The position numbers and the translations under genes are program-made. The notes under the pieces are model-generated. The model saw only the letters and a program-made list of their open reading frames with translations, ran no database searches and was not told the DNA's origin. From positions 857 to 64,856 of the forward strand of contig LJZR01000023.1 of NCBI GenBank assembly GCA_001314865.1: a DNA stretch of 64,000 bases. The letters run 5' to 3'. Of the stretch, positions 21,824 through 33,198 are shown piece by piece; within the stretch, counting starts at the first letter, position 1, and each line of letters starts with the position of its first letter. The stretch is from Phormidesmis priestleyi Ana (GTDB lineage: Bacteria > Cyanobacteriota > Cyanobacteriia > Phormidesmidales > Phormidesmidaceae).

Positions 21824-22671
21824 AACTAATTGGCAGGGCAGAAATTAGAAACGCACTGGGTTTATTTTTGTCACGATCCTGCCCGGTGTGCGATCGCCCA
21901 ACCCATCAAACCTTTTGCGTTGACTGCCAGCGTCAGATCTACCCGCCAAACAAGCTAAACAAGCCAGATCAGCAGACAACCTATCAATCGCAAACCCGCC
22001 GTCACCTCTCAGCAGCAGTAGCGCCGCATTCAACAACGCATCCAACAACACATCAAACCAATAATTCTAATGATCTACCGGTCATTGCGTTTGGTCATTA
22101 CAGCGGTTCCCTGAAACGGGCTATCTTGGCGATGAAATATGGCGATCGCCCTGATGTCGCCATTCCGCTGGGCACCGCGCTAGCGCAAGAGTGGTTGAGT
22201 CAGCAGGCCAAACAGCCGGGCAAACAGCCGGTCACACAGCCAGTCAAGCAGCCGACCAGTCAACGGCTAACCCTGCAAAATCATTCAAATATCTATGCAG
22301 TCCCTATTCCGCTCCATGCCGACCGCCAAAAAAGCAGAGGATTTAACCAAGCAGAGCTCATTGCCCGCGCCTTTTGCCGATGGAGTCAACAACCTATGCT
22401 GGCTCATGGATTAATCAGGGTTGCCGCCACGCAGCCTCAGCACCAGCTCGGACTCTCCGCACGACAAGAAAATTTGAGCGAGGTGTTTCAGGTAGGCAAC
22501 TCACTATCTCGACTGGCTAAGCCTACGAACAAAAAAGTCAAGGACATCTCTGTCTTACTCATTGACGACATTTATACCACCGGTGCTACCGCCCGAAGTG
22601 CCGCTGAAGCCCTAACGCAAAGTGGAATTTCAGTGGTCGGTATTGCTGTGGTGGCACAGGCTATGCTGTAG
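21820..22671 (+). CDS. ComF family phosphoribosyltransferase-like competence protein
   Basis: CPVC..CVDC Zn finger, RGFNQAELIA, LLIDDIYTTGAT. Confidence 0.85.
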   Translation: MKLIGRAEIRNALGLFLSRSCPVCDRPTHQTFCVDCQRQIYPPNKLNKPDQQTTYQSQTRRHLSAAVAPHSTTHPTTHQTNNSNDLPVIAFGHYSGSLKRAILAMKYGDRPDVAIPLGTALAQEWLSQQAKQPGKQPVTQPVKQPTSQRLTLQNHSNIYAVPIPLHADRQKSRGFNQAELIARAFCRWSQQPMLAHGLIRVAATQPQHQLGLSARQENLSEVFQVGNSLSRLAKPTNKKVKDISVLLIDDIYTTGATARSAAEALTQSGISVVGIAVVAQAML

Positions 22672-22683
22672 CCTCTTCAACAA

Positions 22684-23079
22684 TCAATCAATAGCGGCTT
22701 GGCTCGATAATGTTGATGGGCTCTCAGGAAAAGTCGCTAGCGATGAAAACGCTATCTGCGGATCGAGTCCGGTGATGTTGGCAAACTGAGCAGGCGTAAA
22801 GCCCAGCGATACAGATCCAGACGCAATTTCTTCTTGCCACAGCTTGATGCATTCGTGGGCAGCGGCTAAAAAGGCCACCCCTTTTTGCATGGGAATGGCT
22901 AACCAGTTTTTGGACAAGGTTTCTACCAGCGCTAGCTCAAGCAAGCCAGACGGATACTGGTTCAGCAAGTCGTTCACATAGGTATCAAATCCATCGGCCT
23001 CACTCGCTGCACCCATGAGCCCATAGCTATCAATAATATGCTGTACGCGCTGATGCTGAATGCGCTGCTGTATATCCAT
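22684..23079 (-). CDS. Hypothetical protein
   Basis: 131 aa ORF, ATG start, fills space between convergent genes. Confidence 0.6.
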   Translation of the reverse strand: MDIQQRIQHQRVQHIIDSYGLMGAASEADGFDTYVNDLLNQYPSGLLELALVETLSKNWLAIPMQKGVAFLAAAHECIKLWQEEIASGSVSLGFTPAQFANITGLDPQIAFSSLATFPESPSTLSSQAAID

Positions 23080-23300
23080 GGGGGTTTAAAAAAATCGTTT
23101 AGAGCGCACCAGCGCCTAAGTTAAAACACGCTGGCCTCCCTCTATGCCCAATCATGTCCTAAATCATGGACTAATCCGCTGAGCCACATGAATTGGAAAA
23201 GATAAACCCGTAAGCGCATTGATGAACATAATTCCTCAAGTGGATCCTATACTCTTTGGGGAGTGTTACTCAACTCACGTTACATAGCGCAAGGTTGGTT

Positions 23301-24563
23301 ATGGATGCTACGCTGCTGCTACGACAGGCTCGACTCACCGACCACGATGAATTGGTTGATATTGCGATCGCCGGAAACCGCATTGAGGCGATCGCGCCCA
23401 ACCTAAGCCTCACCGCACCTACCGAGCTAAACCTAGCAGGAAAGCTCGTGAGCCCGCCATTTGTAGAATCGCACATTCATTTAGACTCAGCCCTCACCGC
23501 AGGCCAACCGCGATGGAACCAAAGCGGCACGCTATTTGAGGGAATTGAAATTTGGCGGGAGCGAAAAGCCAGCCTGACGCAGGCAGATGTTAAAACCAGA
23601 GCCCTTCAGGCGCTCAAGCAACAGGCCAGTAAGGGCGTTTTATTTGTCCGATCTCACGCGGATGTCAGCGAAGCCAACCTGAACGCACTCAAAGGACTGC
23701 TAGAAGTTAAGGCGGCAGTTAAAGACTGGATGACGCTGCAAGTAGTTGCCTTCCCGCAAGACGGGCTCTATGGCAGTGAGCAAAACGAAGCATTAATGGA
23801 GAAAGCGCTACAGCTAGGCGCAGATGTCGTCGGTGGCATTCCGCATTATGAAATGACGCGTGAGGACGGGGTGAAATCCGTTCACCGAATCTTTGAATTG
23901 GCTCAACAGTACGACCGACTCATTGATATTCACTGCGATGAAATTGACGATCCGCAGTCGAGGTTTTTGGAAGTCGTTTCGGCCTGCGCCATTCGCAGTG
24001 GGCTAGAAGGCCAAGTGACAGCCAGCCATACCACAGCGTTTGGATCTTACAATGACGCCTATGCGCTAAAGCTCATAGGATTTTTAAGACGATCAAACAT
24101 TAATTTCATTGCCAACCCACTCATTAACATCACTCTCCAGGGACGAACCGACACTTATCCCAAACGAAGAGGGGTGACCCGAGTCAAAGAACTGTGGCAA
24201 AGCGGCCTCAACGTTAGCTTTGGCAATGACTGCATTCAAGACCCCTGGTACAGCCTCGGTACAGGCAACCTGCTGTCGGTCGCAGAAATGGCTGTGCATG
24301 TGTGCCAAATGACAGGCCTCGACGAAATAGACGCCTGCTTTGATATGGTGACTCGGTTTGGGGCAAGAACGCTAGGCCTGCAAGCCGAGTATGGAATTGA
24401 GGTAGGAAAGCCAGCGAACCTGATTGTGTTAGATGCTCACAGCCGCTATGAAGCCATATTAGAAAGAGCGACGGTTACAACAGTGATTTCAAAGGGCAGA
24501 GTTTTAGCTGAAACAACGCCGCCAGTCCTCAGCTGGTATGGGAAGCCTAATTTATCTGACTGA
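23301..24563 (+). CDS. codA: Cytosine deaminase (amidohydrolase family); start re-assigned to ATG 23301
   Basis: ESHIHLD, HCDEIDD, TASHT, GNDCIQDPWY motifs. Confidence 0.88.
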   Translation: MDATLLLRQARLTDHDELVDIAIAGNRIEAIAPNLSLTAPTELNLAGKLVSPPFVESHIHLDSALTAGQPRWNQSGTLFEGIEIWRERKASLTQADVKTRALQALKQQASKGVLFVRSHADVSEANLNALKGLLEVKAAVKDWMTLQVVAFPQDGLYGSEQNEALMEKALQLGADVVGGIPHYEMTREDGVKSVHRIFELAQQYDRLIDIHCDEIDDPQSRFLEVVSACAIRSGLEGQVTASHTTAFGSYNDAYALKLIGFLRRSNINFIANPLINITLQGRTDTYPKRRGVTRVKELWQSGLNVSFGNDCIQDPWYSLGTGNLLSVAEMAVHVCQMTGLDEIDACFDMVTRFGARTLGLQAEYGIEVGKPANLIVLDAHSRYEAILERATVTTVISKGRVLAETTPPVLSWYGKPNLSD

Positions 24564-24601
24564 TTTATTTGGCTTGATTCATCCGGCGCAAAAAGCATTA
24601 G

Positions 24602-25597
24602 CTAGCGATGAAACGGAATAATCAATAGCGGCATGAGAGACAGGGCAATCCACTCCCAGGGAACAATTTTAAGCGCCGTCGCCCAGTCGCTGGCTGGTTC
24701 GGCCATGACATCTACCTTTGTCTGGCGCTCAGTATTCTCACTATTCTCACTATTGATGCAATCCTGCGCTAGAGCAGTCTCGATAGACAAGAGCGCATCG
24801 ATTCTTTGGGCCAATCGGCTGTGAGGAGCCGCACAGCTAAACTCTGCACAGACCGAAGCGGGTAACAGTGGGGCAGTCATCACACTCATGAGAGATTCTG
24901 CTAAAACCAGCGTATCTACACTGCGCGCGGCCCATCGGTCGGCCCTCATTTCTCTGAGCAACAACAGCTCTTGCCACAGCGATTCGCTATCGGGGAGCCA
25001 GCAGGTTAACCGCTTTAGTAACCCTAGCCAAAAGAACCAAAACGTATCGCGATAGTAGTCATGACCGGCTTCATGCGCTAGCACCGCATCCAAATGCTCA
25101 TCGTCTAAGTGATCTAGCAGCCCTTGGCTCACTACTAATTCTGAGGACCACAGCCCTGAAGACCACAGCCCCACCTGTGCGCTAAACACCGCAGGCACGT
25201 CGAGAATTCGACATTGTTTTTGGCGAAGGGCTGTCCGCTTTCCGATCTGAATGGGCCTCATCGGATAGACATGCATCTCCTGCCAGGTTCTAAAGGCAGA
25301 CCAACTCAGGCGCAGCCATACTGCGATCGCGGCAATCACAAAACACAGTGCAACCGCATAGCTCAGCTGCCCGTCCCACGGATGCGCTGTACTATAGCCC
25401 ATGGCCACCACAGAAAAAGCAGTCGTCAGCAGCAGCAAAGGCGGAACAACCAAAACGACCCAGGCCCGATGCCAACGGTTCTGCCAGGACTGCTGAATCA
25501 TCGGCTGCTGAGCCCTGAGGCTGTCGTGAGAACGGCTCAACAGCCTCACCAAAAACGAGGCCGCTAGCGCAATTCCCAATAGGTGAAGGTGCATCAT
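24602..25597 (-). CDS. M56 family (BlaR1/MecR1-like) membrane zinc peptidase
   Basis: N-terminal TMs, AVLAHEAGH (HExxH), REMRADRWA. Confidence 0.82.
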   Translation of the reverse strand: MMHLHLLGIALAASFLVRLLSRSHDSLRAQQPMIQQSWQNRWHRAWVVLVVPPLLLLTTAFSVVAMGYSTAHPWDGQLSYAVALCFVIAAIAVWLRLSWSAFRTWQEMHVYPMRPIQIGKRTALRQKQCRILDVPAVFSAQVGLWSSGLWSSELVVSQGLLDHLDDEHLDAVLAHEAGHDYYRDTFWFFWLGLLKRLTCWLPDSESLWQELLLLREMRADRWAARSVDTLVLAESLMSVMTAPLLPASVCAEFSCAAPHSRLAQRIDALLSIETALAQDCINSENSENTERQTKVDVMAEPASDWATALKIVPWEWIALSLMPLLIIPFHR

Positions 25598-26085
25598 GGC
25601 TGTTGCTCTACCTGCGCTGGGGTTTTATGAACGCATTGAACCTCATTCATCTGACGAGCCGCACGAGCCGCTTTTATTTTTTGAGCGATCGCATCTATTT
25701 GATCCAAACTCTTCTCATCTAGCGTGTCAGCAAAGGCCGCCACAATCTCCGGGCTACCCACGGCTAAAAAGCGATGAAGCTGCTCATGCGCCTTAAGTAC
25801 GTTTGCCTGATCTTTAGAAACCCGCGCTTGCCAAATATACACCTTACTTTTGCGGTTTTCTGTGGAGCAAATACCGCGATCGCAGCTCACCCAACCTTTT
25901 TTAGTTAACCGCTTAAGCACGGTAGAAACCGATGAATAGGTCAGCTCTCGCTCAATATCCGACAAAATATGCTGATGTACGATGGTAGCCGAAGTGGGCC
26001 CGAGCTGCCACAAAATCTCAACAATTTCAGACTCAAGCGGCCCTAAAGAAAGCGTTTTGGGCTGATACGGAGGAAAAGAATCCAT
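25594..26085 (-). CDS. BlaI/MecI/CopY family transcriptional regulator; start probably ATG 26085
   Basis: LGPLESEIVEILW, LTYSSVSTVLKRLTKKGW winged helix; 4-nt overlap with M56 gene. Confidence 0.85.
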   Translation of the reverse strand: MDSFPPYQPKTLSLGPLESEIVEILWQLGPTSATIVHQHILSDIERELTYSSVSTVLKRLTKKGWVSCDRGICSTENRKSKVYIWQARVSKDQANVLKAHEQLHRFLAVGSPEIVAAFADTLDEKSLDQIDAIAQKIKAARAARQMNEVQCVHKTPAQVEQQP

Positions 26086-26197
26086 AAGCTTTACGACTAC
26101 CTGCCAGCAATTTACTAGCAAATGAGGAGCTACGCACTATCACAATAATTAAATAGCTTACGACATTGCTTCTGACTATACACTTGACGCCTTGTCA

Positions 26198-26257
26198 CTT
26201 ACCTCTAGTCGCCTTACCTCTAGTCGCCTTACCTCTGGTCGCCTTACCCCTGGTCAC
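26198..26257. repeat. Tandem repeat, 15-mer CTTACCTCTAGTCGC x4 (imperfect)
   Basis: Direct reading. Confidence 0.9.
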
Positions 26258-26326
26258 AAAAAAAGACCTCCCGATAAACGGAAAGCCTTTGATGTCTTAA
26301 ATAATCAAGGTTCCACTGTCTAGGGG

Positions 26327-27601
26327 CTACACACCTACCGGAACACGCTCTTCAATGGCATCCTCAATGGCAGCCTTAAGAACAGCAACCTTATCTAGCT
26401 TCTCCCAAGGCAAATCGAGATCATCACGACCAAAGTGACCATAGGCAGCCACCTCTTGATAAAAGCGACCGTTACGCTCGGCAGGCAATCCCCGCAAGTT
26501 GAACGTTTCGATAATGCCCGCCGGGCGTAGCTCAAAATGCTCGCTCACAAGTTCCAGAAGCTTTTCTTCAGAAACCTTGCCCGTACCAAACGTTTCAATA
26601 AAGATGCTGGTAGGACGCGCAACGCCAATCGCATAGCTGAGCTGAACCTCGCACTTATCGGCCAGACCCGCTGCCACAATGTTTTTAGCAACATATCGGC
26701 AGGCATAGGCCGCGCTACGATCAACCTTTGTGGGATCTTTACCAGAAAACGCACCCCCGCCATGGCGAGAGTAGCCTCCATAGGTATCCACAATAATTTT
26801 GCGACCGGTCAAACCAGAGTCACCCTGAGGGCCCCCAATGACAAACTTGCCGGTTGGATTAACCAAAAAGCGCGTACTGTCAGTTGGCTGCAATGGCATC
26901 CCGGCAAAAGCGGGCAGCACCACAGCAGTCCATAGGTCTTTTTTAATGATGGCCTGAATCTCTTCGTTGCTGCTCAGTTCACCAATGGTCTCCGCATGCT
27001 GAGTAGAGACAAGAATAGTATCAATGCCAACAGGCTTACCATCCTCATACTCAACCGTAACCTGCGTTTTGCCATCTGGCCCCAAGTAGTCCAATTCACC
27101 GCTTTTTCTCACAACAGATAGCTTTTGCGAAATTCGGTGCGCTAGGCTAATAGGCAAGGGCATTAGCTCAGGCGTTTCGTTACAAGCAAAGCCAAACATG
27201 ATCCCCTGATCACCTGCCCCGATGGCATCCCAGCGTTCGTCGCTGGTTTGCTCACGCGTCTCTTGTGCTTGGTCTACCCCTTGGGCAATATCGGCAGACT
27301 GCTCGTCAAGCGCAATAAGCACTGAGCAGCTATCTGCTGAAAAACCATTGTTCTTAGGATTGGTATAGCCGATTTCAGCAATCTTTTGACGCACAACCTT
27401 AACAAAGTTAGCGGTTGCCGTAGAAGTAATTTCACCTGTGACAACGACTAAACCTGTATTGACCACCACCTCAGCAGCGACTCGACTGCTCGGATCAAGG
27501 GTTAAAACAGTATCTAGAATAGTGTCTGAAATTTGATCGCAAATTTTATCGGGATGCCCCTCTGTAACCGACTCTGACGTAAACAGATAGCGACGAGACA
27601 A
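26327..27601 (-). CDS. metK: S-adenosylmethionine synthetase
   Basis: [34 protein letters not shown]. Confidence 0.97.
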   Translation of the reverse strand: MSRRYLFTSESVTEGHPDKICDQISDTILDTVLTLDPSSRVAAEVVVNTGLVVVTGEITSTATANFVKVVRQKIAEIGYTNPKNNGFSADSCSVLIALDEQSADIAQGVDQAQETREQTSDERWDAIGAGDQGIMFGFACNETPELMPLPISLAHRISQKLSVVRKSGELDYLGPDGKTQVTVEYEDGKPVGIDTILVSTQHAETIGELSSNEEIQAIIKKDLWTAVVLPAFAGMPLQPTDSTRFLVNPTGKFVIGGPQGDSGLTGRKIIVDTYGGYSRHGGGAFSGKDPTKVDRSAAYACRYVAKNIVAAGLADKCEVQLSYAIGVARPTSIFIETFGTGKVSEEKLLELVSEHFELRPAGIIETFNLRGLPAERNGRFYQEVAAYGHFGRDDLDLPWEKLDKVAVLKAAIEDAIEERVPVGV

Positions 27602-27794
27602 TAGCCAATCCTCCTCAAGCTAAATTCAAAAAATACATAAAACGTATGCAACCCAAGCTAACCGGACTTATATTTTAATAACCGCAAACTAAGGTTCAAC
27701 GGCGTGCTTAATAAAAACCGCAGCCAATAAACTTTTCTAAGTATGAGTATTCACTACTCTAGGATATGCGCCAATCTAAAGAATTGATATAGAT

Positions 27795-28568
27795 CTAGTC
27801 GAAACATTCAACTTGGCTGAGTCGATTAACAAAAGCAATAGCTGCGTTAGCCCCGCCATCAGACGGCACATCCTCTAGCAGGTTGATAGCAAACTCGCGC
27901 TGCCAGCCGCCAGTCATGCCCAAAAAACCGGCCCCACCCTGACGCGACAGCTGTAGGTCGGAGGCAGAATCTCCAATGATTAGTGTCGCTGAGCAGTCAA
28001 TGTTCATTGCCTCACAGGCAAAGGCTAAAAAGTTGGGATGGGTCTTAGCAAGCTTGCCTGCTGAAATACCGCAGTACCAGCTCACGCTGTTTAGCCGGTT
28101 GTAATTGACAAAAGCAGCGACTTCTTCGTGTGTATCGGCAGAGGCAATCCCTACTTTGACGCCTACTGATTTGAGCCGTTGCAAAAGCGCTGTGCCACCT
28201 TCTAGCAAAGGCGTTTGAGTGACCTTCGCGGGTAACTGGGTCTGAGCCTGTAGAAAAGCCTTTTCTACCATCGCCAATGCAGAGGTCCAACCATAACCAG
28301 CTGCGGCGACGTAGGCCGCTGTTGCAATCTTATTTTCTTCACGACTGCCTACCGCCATCAGTCCGGTTGGATCGATCCCATTTTCATCTATCCCTAAGGC
28401 TTGCATAACGGGCAGATATAGTCTGGGGACTTGAGCCTCTATGCAATGCGATCGCGCTTCACCCACCAGCCTCAAATACGGCTCCACATTGGCTAATGTG
28501 CCATCTTTATCAAAAATAACCGCCTGAATATCTTCAAAACAGTGTCCCTGACACTTGATAATCGCCAT
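27795..28568 (-). CDS. HAD family hydrolase
   Basis: Motif I FDKDGTL, IASAD, IIGDSASD. Confidence 0.85.
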   Translation of the reverse strand: MAIIKCQGHCFEDIQAVIFDKDGTLANVEPYLRLVGEARSHCIEAQVPRLYLPVMQALGIDENGIDPTGLMAVGSREENKIATAAYVAAAGYGWTSALAMVEKAFLQAQTQLPAKVTQTPLLEGGTALLQRLKSVGVKVGIASADTHEEVAAFVNYNRLNSVSWYCGISAGKLAKTHPNFLAFACEAMNIDCSATLIIGDSASDLQLSRQGGAGFLGMTGGWQREFAINLLEDVPSDGGANAAIAFVNRLSQVECFD

Positions 28569-28696
28569 CTTTCAACCCAGAACCTGACATCTCTAAAAAT
28601 CGACTATCTACAGACCTAATACCTCTAAAAACCTAATATCTCTGCATCCCTATATATCTCTGCATGAAAGAGGCAAAAAAGATAAAGGAGGCAAAA

Positions 28697-28735
28697 AAAA
28701 AGAGGCGAAAGATTTGTCGATCTTTCGCCTCTTTT
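28697..28735 (-). terminator. Intrinsic terminator downstream of rps1
   Basis: AAAAGAGGCGAAAGAT-TTGTCG-ATCTTTCGCCTCTTTT perfect stem, long A tract on + strand. Confidence 0.85.
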
Positions 28736-28829
28736 AGCAACGCTAGTCGTAGCTCTAAGTAGCACCAACTTGATTTGTCTATTGAGCTTTAGCTTTATTC
28801 AGCTTTATTTGGCGCTACTCGCCATCGCT

Positions 28830-29816
28830 TTAGTCAGTCGCTGCGACGTCTTCGTCTACAACATAGTCAATTTCTTCTACACTTTCTTCACCACTCTCTC
28901 CGAGCGCCTTTTGTCTAAGCTGCTCTCGATACCGTTCAGCCATTTCATCGGCTTTTTCATAGACCAGATCAGGGTTTTTCACCATATCTCCGGGCTCAGG
29001 CTCTAGCTGCTTAGTCGATAGCGAAATGCGACCGCGCTCAGCATCAAGGTCAATAATCATCACCTTGATTTCATCATTCACATTGAGTACCGAGTTGGGC
29101 GTATCAATGTGGTCATGCGAGATTTCAGAAATATGCAGCAAACCGCTGACGCCGCCGATGTCAATAAATGCACCGTAAGGCTTCAGACCCCGAACAGTAC
29201 CAATGACCACCTCACTCACTTGTAGGCCGTTCATCTTACGCTCAACCAATGCCCGACGATGACTGAGCACGAGGCGATTGCGCTCTTCGTCAACTTCTAA
29301 AAATTTGAGGGGAAGCTCTTCACCCACGAGATCTTCTTTGGGCTTGCGAGTACTAATGTGTGAGCCGGGAATAAATCCACGGAGTCCTTCAATCCGAACC
29401 AACGCACCACCGCGATTGGTAGCAAATACAATAGAACGGACGGTTGCATCTTCTTGCTGAAGCTGACGAACGCGCTCCCACGCTCGCATATACTCGATTC
29501 TACGGATAGAGAGGGTCAGCTGGCCATCTTCATTGTCGTCCGTAAGGATAAAGAATTCGCGAGTCTCGTTGGACTGCAAAACTTCTTCAGCACCTTCGAC
29601 CCGGTTAATAGACATCTCCTGAATCGGGAGATAAGCCGCTGTCTTTGCACCAATGTCGATTAACGCGCCCCTAGGCTCAATGCTAAATACTGTACCGGGC
29701 ACAATATCGCCAGGGTTAAAGTTGTAATCGTACTGGTCTAAGAGGGCAGCAAAGTCCTCATGAGTAAAACCAATATCACTGCTTGGGTTGGTTTCTTGGG
29801 TATCCGGGTTGGCCAT
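28830..29816 (-). CDS. rpsA: 30S ribosomal protein S1 (cyanobacterial three-S1-domain form)
   Basis: Three S1 domains; GALIDIGAK, GLRGFIPGSH, GLLHISEIS. Confidence 0.93.
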   Translation of the reverse strand: MANPDTQETNPSSDIGFTHEDFAALLDQYDYNFNPGDIVPGTVFSIEPRGALIDIGAKTAAYLPIQEMSINRVEGAEEVLQSNETREFFILTDDNEDGQLTLSIRRIEYMRAWERVRQLQQEDATVRSIVFATNRGGALVRIEGLRGFIPGSHISTRKPKEDLVGEELPLKFLEVDEERNRLVLSHRRALVERKMNGLQVSEVVIGTVRGLKPYGAFIDIGGVSGLLHISEISHDHIDTPNSVLNVNDEIKVMIIDLDAERGRISLSTKQLEPEPGDMVKNPDLVYEKADEMAERYREQLRQKALGESGEESVEEIDYVVDEDVAATD

Positions 29817-30245
29817 GCTAAATATGTTTTCCTACAGTTTTCTCCGCGAACGAGTGAACACCTCGCGAGCACACAGTCTTTGCCTTGCGATTCGCCATGC
29901 AGTTTTTACCACATTACGAATACACTCACCAAAGCAGCGCGCGCACCGCTTGTAAAGTCTTACTGCTTGAAAGTGCTATGCCCATTGGGCTAAGCGAGAT
30001 TAAGCAGGCTTAATGGGAGCCTTCCGAAAGCTCCACCTAAGTTTCAGGACTAAATTTATAAGTGGGAAAGGGCTAAATAGCCTTTGAGGTCTCCTGTCAC
30101 AAGAACACTAATTGTAGATCAATAAGTAGACAAAAGTCACTCAATTTTGTTAGTCACAAAGTGACGGTATCAGCGGCTAAAGCGGCGGCTCAGGCGTTGA
30201 GATTTAGCCGCTGAGTTTTAGACGCTGAGATTTAGGCGTTGATTT

Positions 30246-30821
30246 TCAAGCATTGAGTGGCGAAGCCCATTGCTCTTCGCCATCGCGATGGATGTCGGGA
30301 TCTTGAGTGGGGGAATGGTGGGGCGACGGATCGCAGATCGTGGAAGAGGTCAGTCGCTTATTGTGTATGCCTTGGTCTTTTAGCTGGCTAAGAGTTTCGG
30401 TAAAGTCGCGAATGCCTTGGAACTGACGGTAGACAGAGGCAAATCGAACGTAGGCGACTTCACTGACTTGCTGAAGACGGGAGAGCACTCTTTCACCAAT
30501 GCTCTCGCTGCTGACTTCTCGAACAGCCTGCTGCTGAAGGTCGGCTTCTATTTCATCGACCATGAGCTCAATGGTGTGTGGGCTAACGCCGGTTTTTTCA
30601 CAGGCGGTGACAATGCCTCGCAGCAGTTTGGAGCGGTCAAAAGACTCGCGATCGCCCCCGCGCTTAATGACTGAAATCGGCACGTACTCAATTCGCTCGT
30701 AGGTGGTAAATCTGCGATCGCAGGCCAAACATTCGCGCCGACGGCGAATGCTTCTATCTAGCTCAGCCGAGCGGGATTCTAAAACGCGATTATGGGGATG
30801 TTGGCAAAATGGACACTGCAT
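30246..30821 (-). CDS. nrdR: Transcriptional repressor NrdR
   Basis: [22 protein letters not shown] cone, AYVRFASVY. Confidence 0.95.
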   Translation of the reverse strand: MQCPFCQHPHNRVLESRSAELDRSIRRRRECLACDRRFTTYERIEYVPISVIKRGGDRESFDRSKLLRGIVTACEKTGVSPHTIELMVDEIEADLQQQAVREVSSESIGERVLSRLQQVSEVAYVRFASVYRQFQGIRDFTETLSQLKDQGIHNKRLTSSTICDPSPHHSPTQDPDIHRDGEEQWASPLNA

Positions 30822-30991
30822 AGGATAGAGCCGTAAGTTCCCCTACCGCGAAAGAGATCTGTGCAAGCAGGTGGAATGGAAGGCGATAGGTCAAAAGAGT
30901 AAAAAAGTGAAAGGCTCAGATACCAGTTTGTCGATACCTGAGCCCCTATTCTATCCTCAGCGAAGAAGCTAGGGATGAGTTGTGATGAATA

Positions 30992-31090
30992 TTAGTCCTT
31001 GGTGATCTTTGGGGGTTCGCGGAAGGCGATCGCAAAGAACAAGGTGCCAATAATCATGGCGAAAATCAGAATGTAAGCAACTGCTTCCAT
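30992..31090 (-). CDS. psbT: Photosystem II protein PsbT
   Basis: Hand translation MEAVAYILIFAMIIGTLFFAIAFREPPKITKD; directly downstream of psbB. Confidence 0.95.
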   Translation of the reverse strand: MEAVAYILIFAMIIGTLFFAIAFREPPKITKD

Positions 31091-31152
31091 AGCGCACTAC
31101 CAATGAACAACATGTTGTCTTGAGTGTAACAAACCTGACTGTAACAAAGACG

Positions 31153-32685
31153 TTAGCCCTTGTTGGTAGCCTTGGTCGAAAAGTCACCTAGCTTCTGGTA
31201 ATAGCCCCACTCTACCTGCTCAGGAGATAGATCGGGGTCAACCCCAGCAAATACGTCTCTAAAGAGCGTACGAGCGCCGTGCCAGATATGGCCAAAGAAG
31301 AACAGCAGTGCAAAGACCGCATGTCCGTAGGTGAACCAGCCACGAGGGCTAGAGCGGAATACGCCGTCAGAATCTAATGTTTTACGATCAAACTCAAAGG
31401 GCTCACCTAGCTGAGCTTTGCGCGCATAGCGCTTAACCGCAGCTGGGTCTGTAATGGTTTGGCCATCTAGCTCACCGCCGTAGAAGCTCACTTCTACACC
31501 TGTTTGCTCAAAGTTATATTTGGACTCTGCCCGACGAAATGGAATATCAGCCCGTAGAACGTTATCTTGGTCTACCAAGACGACTGGGAAGGTCTCAAAG
31601 AAGTTAGGCAGGCGACGAACAGTGAGTTCGCGACCTTCACCATCATGAAACACAGGGTGACCTAGCCAAGCTGTTGCAATACCATCGCCAGAGTCCATCG
31701 GACCTACCCGGAACAAGCCGCCTTTGGCAGGGCTGTTACCGACATAGTCATAAAACGCTAGCTTCTCTGGAATTGCGGAGTAAGCTTCGGCTTCGGTAGC
31801 GCCTTGAGCGATCGCCCGCTGAGCGCGACGGTCAATTTCTTGACCGAAGTAGCTGCTGTCCCACTGGTAACGAGTCGGGCCAAATAGCTCGATTGGGGTG
31901 GTAGCAGAGCCGTACCACATCGTGCCAGCGACGACAAAAGCTGCAAAAAATACAGCGGCAATAGAGCTAGACAGCACGGTTTCGATATTACCCATCCGCA
32001 GAGCCTTGTATAGACGCTGTGGAGGTCTTACCGTGAGGTGGAACAAGCCCGCCACGATCCCAACGATACCCGCTGCAATGTGGTGAGCGACCACGCCGCC
32101 AGGGTTGAACGGGTTGAAGCCAGCTGGCCCCCACTCGGGTGCGACCCCTTGAACATGGCCAGTGAGGCCGTACGGGTCAGAGACCCACATCCCAGGCCCC
32201 CAGAGACCTGTGAGGTGGAAAGCACCAAATCCGAAGCACAGTAAACCAGATAGAAATAGATGAATGCCGAACATTTTAGGCAGGTCGAGCGCAGGCTCAC
32301 CCGTTCGCGGATCGCGAAATAGGTCGAGATCCCAATAGACCCAGTGCCATACAGCTGCTAAGAAGAGCAGACCTGACAGGATGATGTGCGCGATCGCCAC
32401 ACCTTCAAAAGACCAGAAACCGGGGTTAACACCGATTGCTCCAGTGACATCCCAACCGCCCCAAGAACCCGTCACACCCAGACGAGTCATAAAGGGAAGC
32501 ACAAACATGCCCTGCCGCCACATGGGGTTCAGCACAGGATCACTAGGATCAAATGTGGATAGCTCGAACAGGGCCATAGAACCCGCCCAGCCTGCCACTA
32601 GCGCCGTGTGCATCAAGTGTACAGAAATCAGCCGACCTGGGTCATTTAGGACGACGGTATGTACTCGGTACCAAGGTAGACCCAT
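31153..32685 (-). CDS. psbB: Photosystem II CP47
   Basis: [37 protein letters not shown]. Confidence 0.99.
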   Translation of the reverse strand: MGLPWYRVHTVVLNDPGRLISVHLMHTALVAGWAGSMALFELSTFDPSDPVLNPMWRQGMFVLPFMTRLGVTGSWGGWDVTGAIGVNPGFWSFEGVAIAHIILSGLLFLAAVWHWVYWDLDLFRDPRTGEPALDLPKMFGIHLFLSGLLCFGFGAFHLTGLWGPGMWVSDPYGLTGHVQGVAPEWGPAGFNPFNPGGVVAHHIAAGIVGIVAGLFHLTVRPPQRLYKALRMGNIETVLSSSIAAVFFAAFVVAGTMWYGSATTPIELFGPTRYQWDSSYFGQEIDRRAQRAIAQGATEAEAYSAIPEKLAFYDYVGNSPAKGGLFRVGPMDSGDGIATAWLGHPVFHDGEGRELTVRRLPNFFETFPVVLVDQDNVLRADIPFRRAESKYNFEQTGVEVSFYGGELDGQTITDPAAVKRYARKAQLGEPFEFDRKTLDSDGVFRSSPRGWFTYGHAVFALLFFFGHIWHGARTLFRDVFAGVDPDLSPEQVEWGYYQKLGDFSTKATNKG

Positions 32686-33198
32686 TGACTACGCTCCTCC
32701 TTGTTTTGATAGAGTTTTGATAGATTGTTTTCGTCTAAACATTACGCCTAGACAGGTTTTGTTGTTACGTAAACCACTCTTTCCGCAAGCGCTTCGCAAA
32801 ATCATCCCTATAATTAATCCCTTAATTATGAGAACGACCTTAGATGAAGTACTTTAAGTGCTTTATTAGAGTGAACGCTTCGTTAATTAAAATTTGATGT
32901 CTTTTGACAAGACTTCAGATACTACTAAGGCTACCAGATATAGACCCTCTCCAAACTTGAAAAGGCTCGACATCTGGGGACTACCCCCCTGATGCTTGGG
33001 CACTAAGAAGATAGGTTTGCACCGTCTTAGCCCGCTTTACTCACACTGTAGTCACATTAGTCACATCACATTAGTCACAATAGTGTGAAAATGAAGGTGT
33101 ACAAAGAAGTGTAACTATCACTCAATATTTAGCGCAAGGAAAGTGCTTAACTTAAGCGCTAAGTAAACTTTAGTTAAATCCTCGATAAAACCCAGGTC

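Noticed and set aside
27602-27794. SAM riboswitch upstream of metK
   Set aside because: No SAM-I/II consensus elements are recognisable, and the region is short and downstream of the HAD gene
31124-31152. Twin TGTAACAAA as an RpaB HLR1 site between psbB and psbT
   Set aside because: The repeats are about 15 nt apart rather than the HLR1 spacing; better explained as another micro-duplication
32381-32857. 158-aa ORF antisense to psbB, and other antisense ORFs (19154-19792, 38215-38718, 52363-52818)
   Set aside because: Shadow frames of well-supported genes with no recognisable motifs
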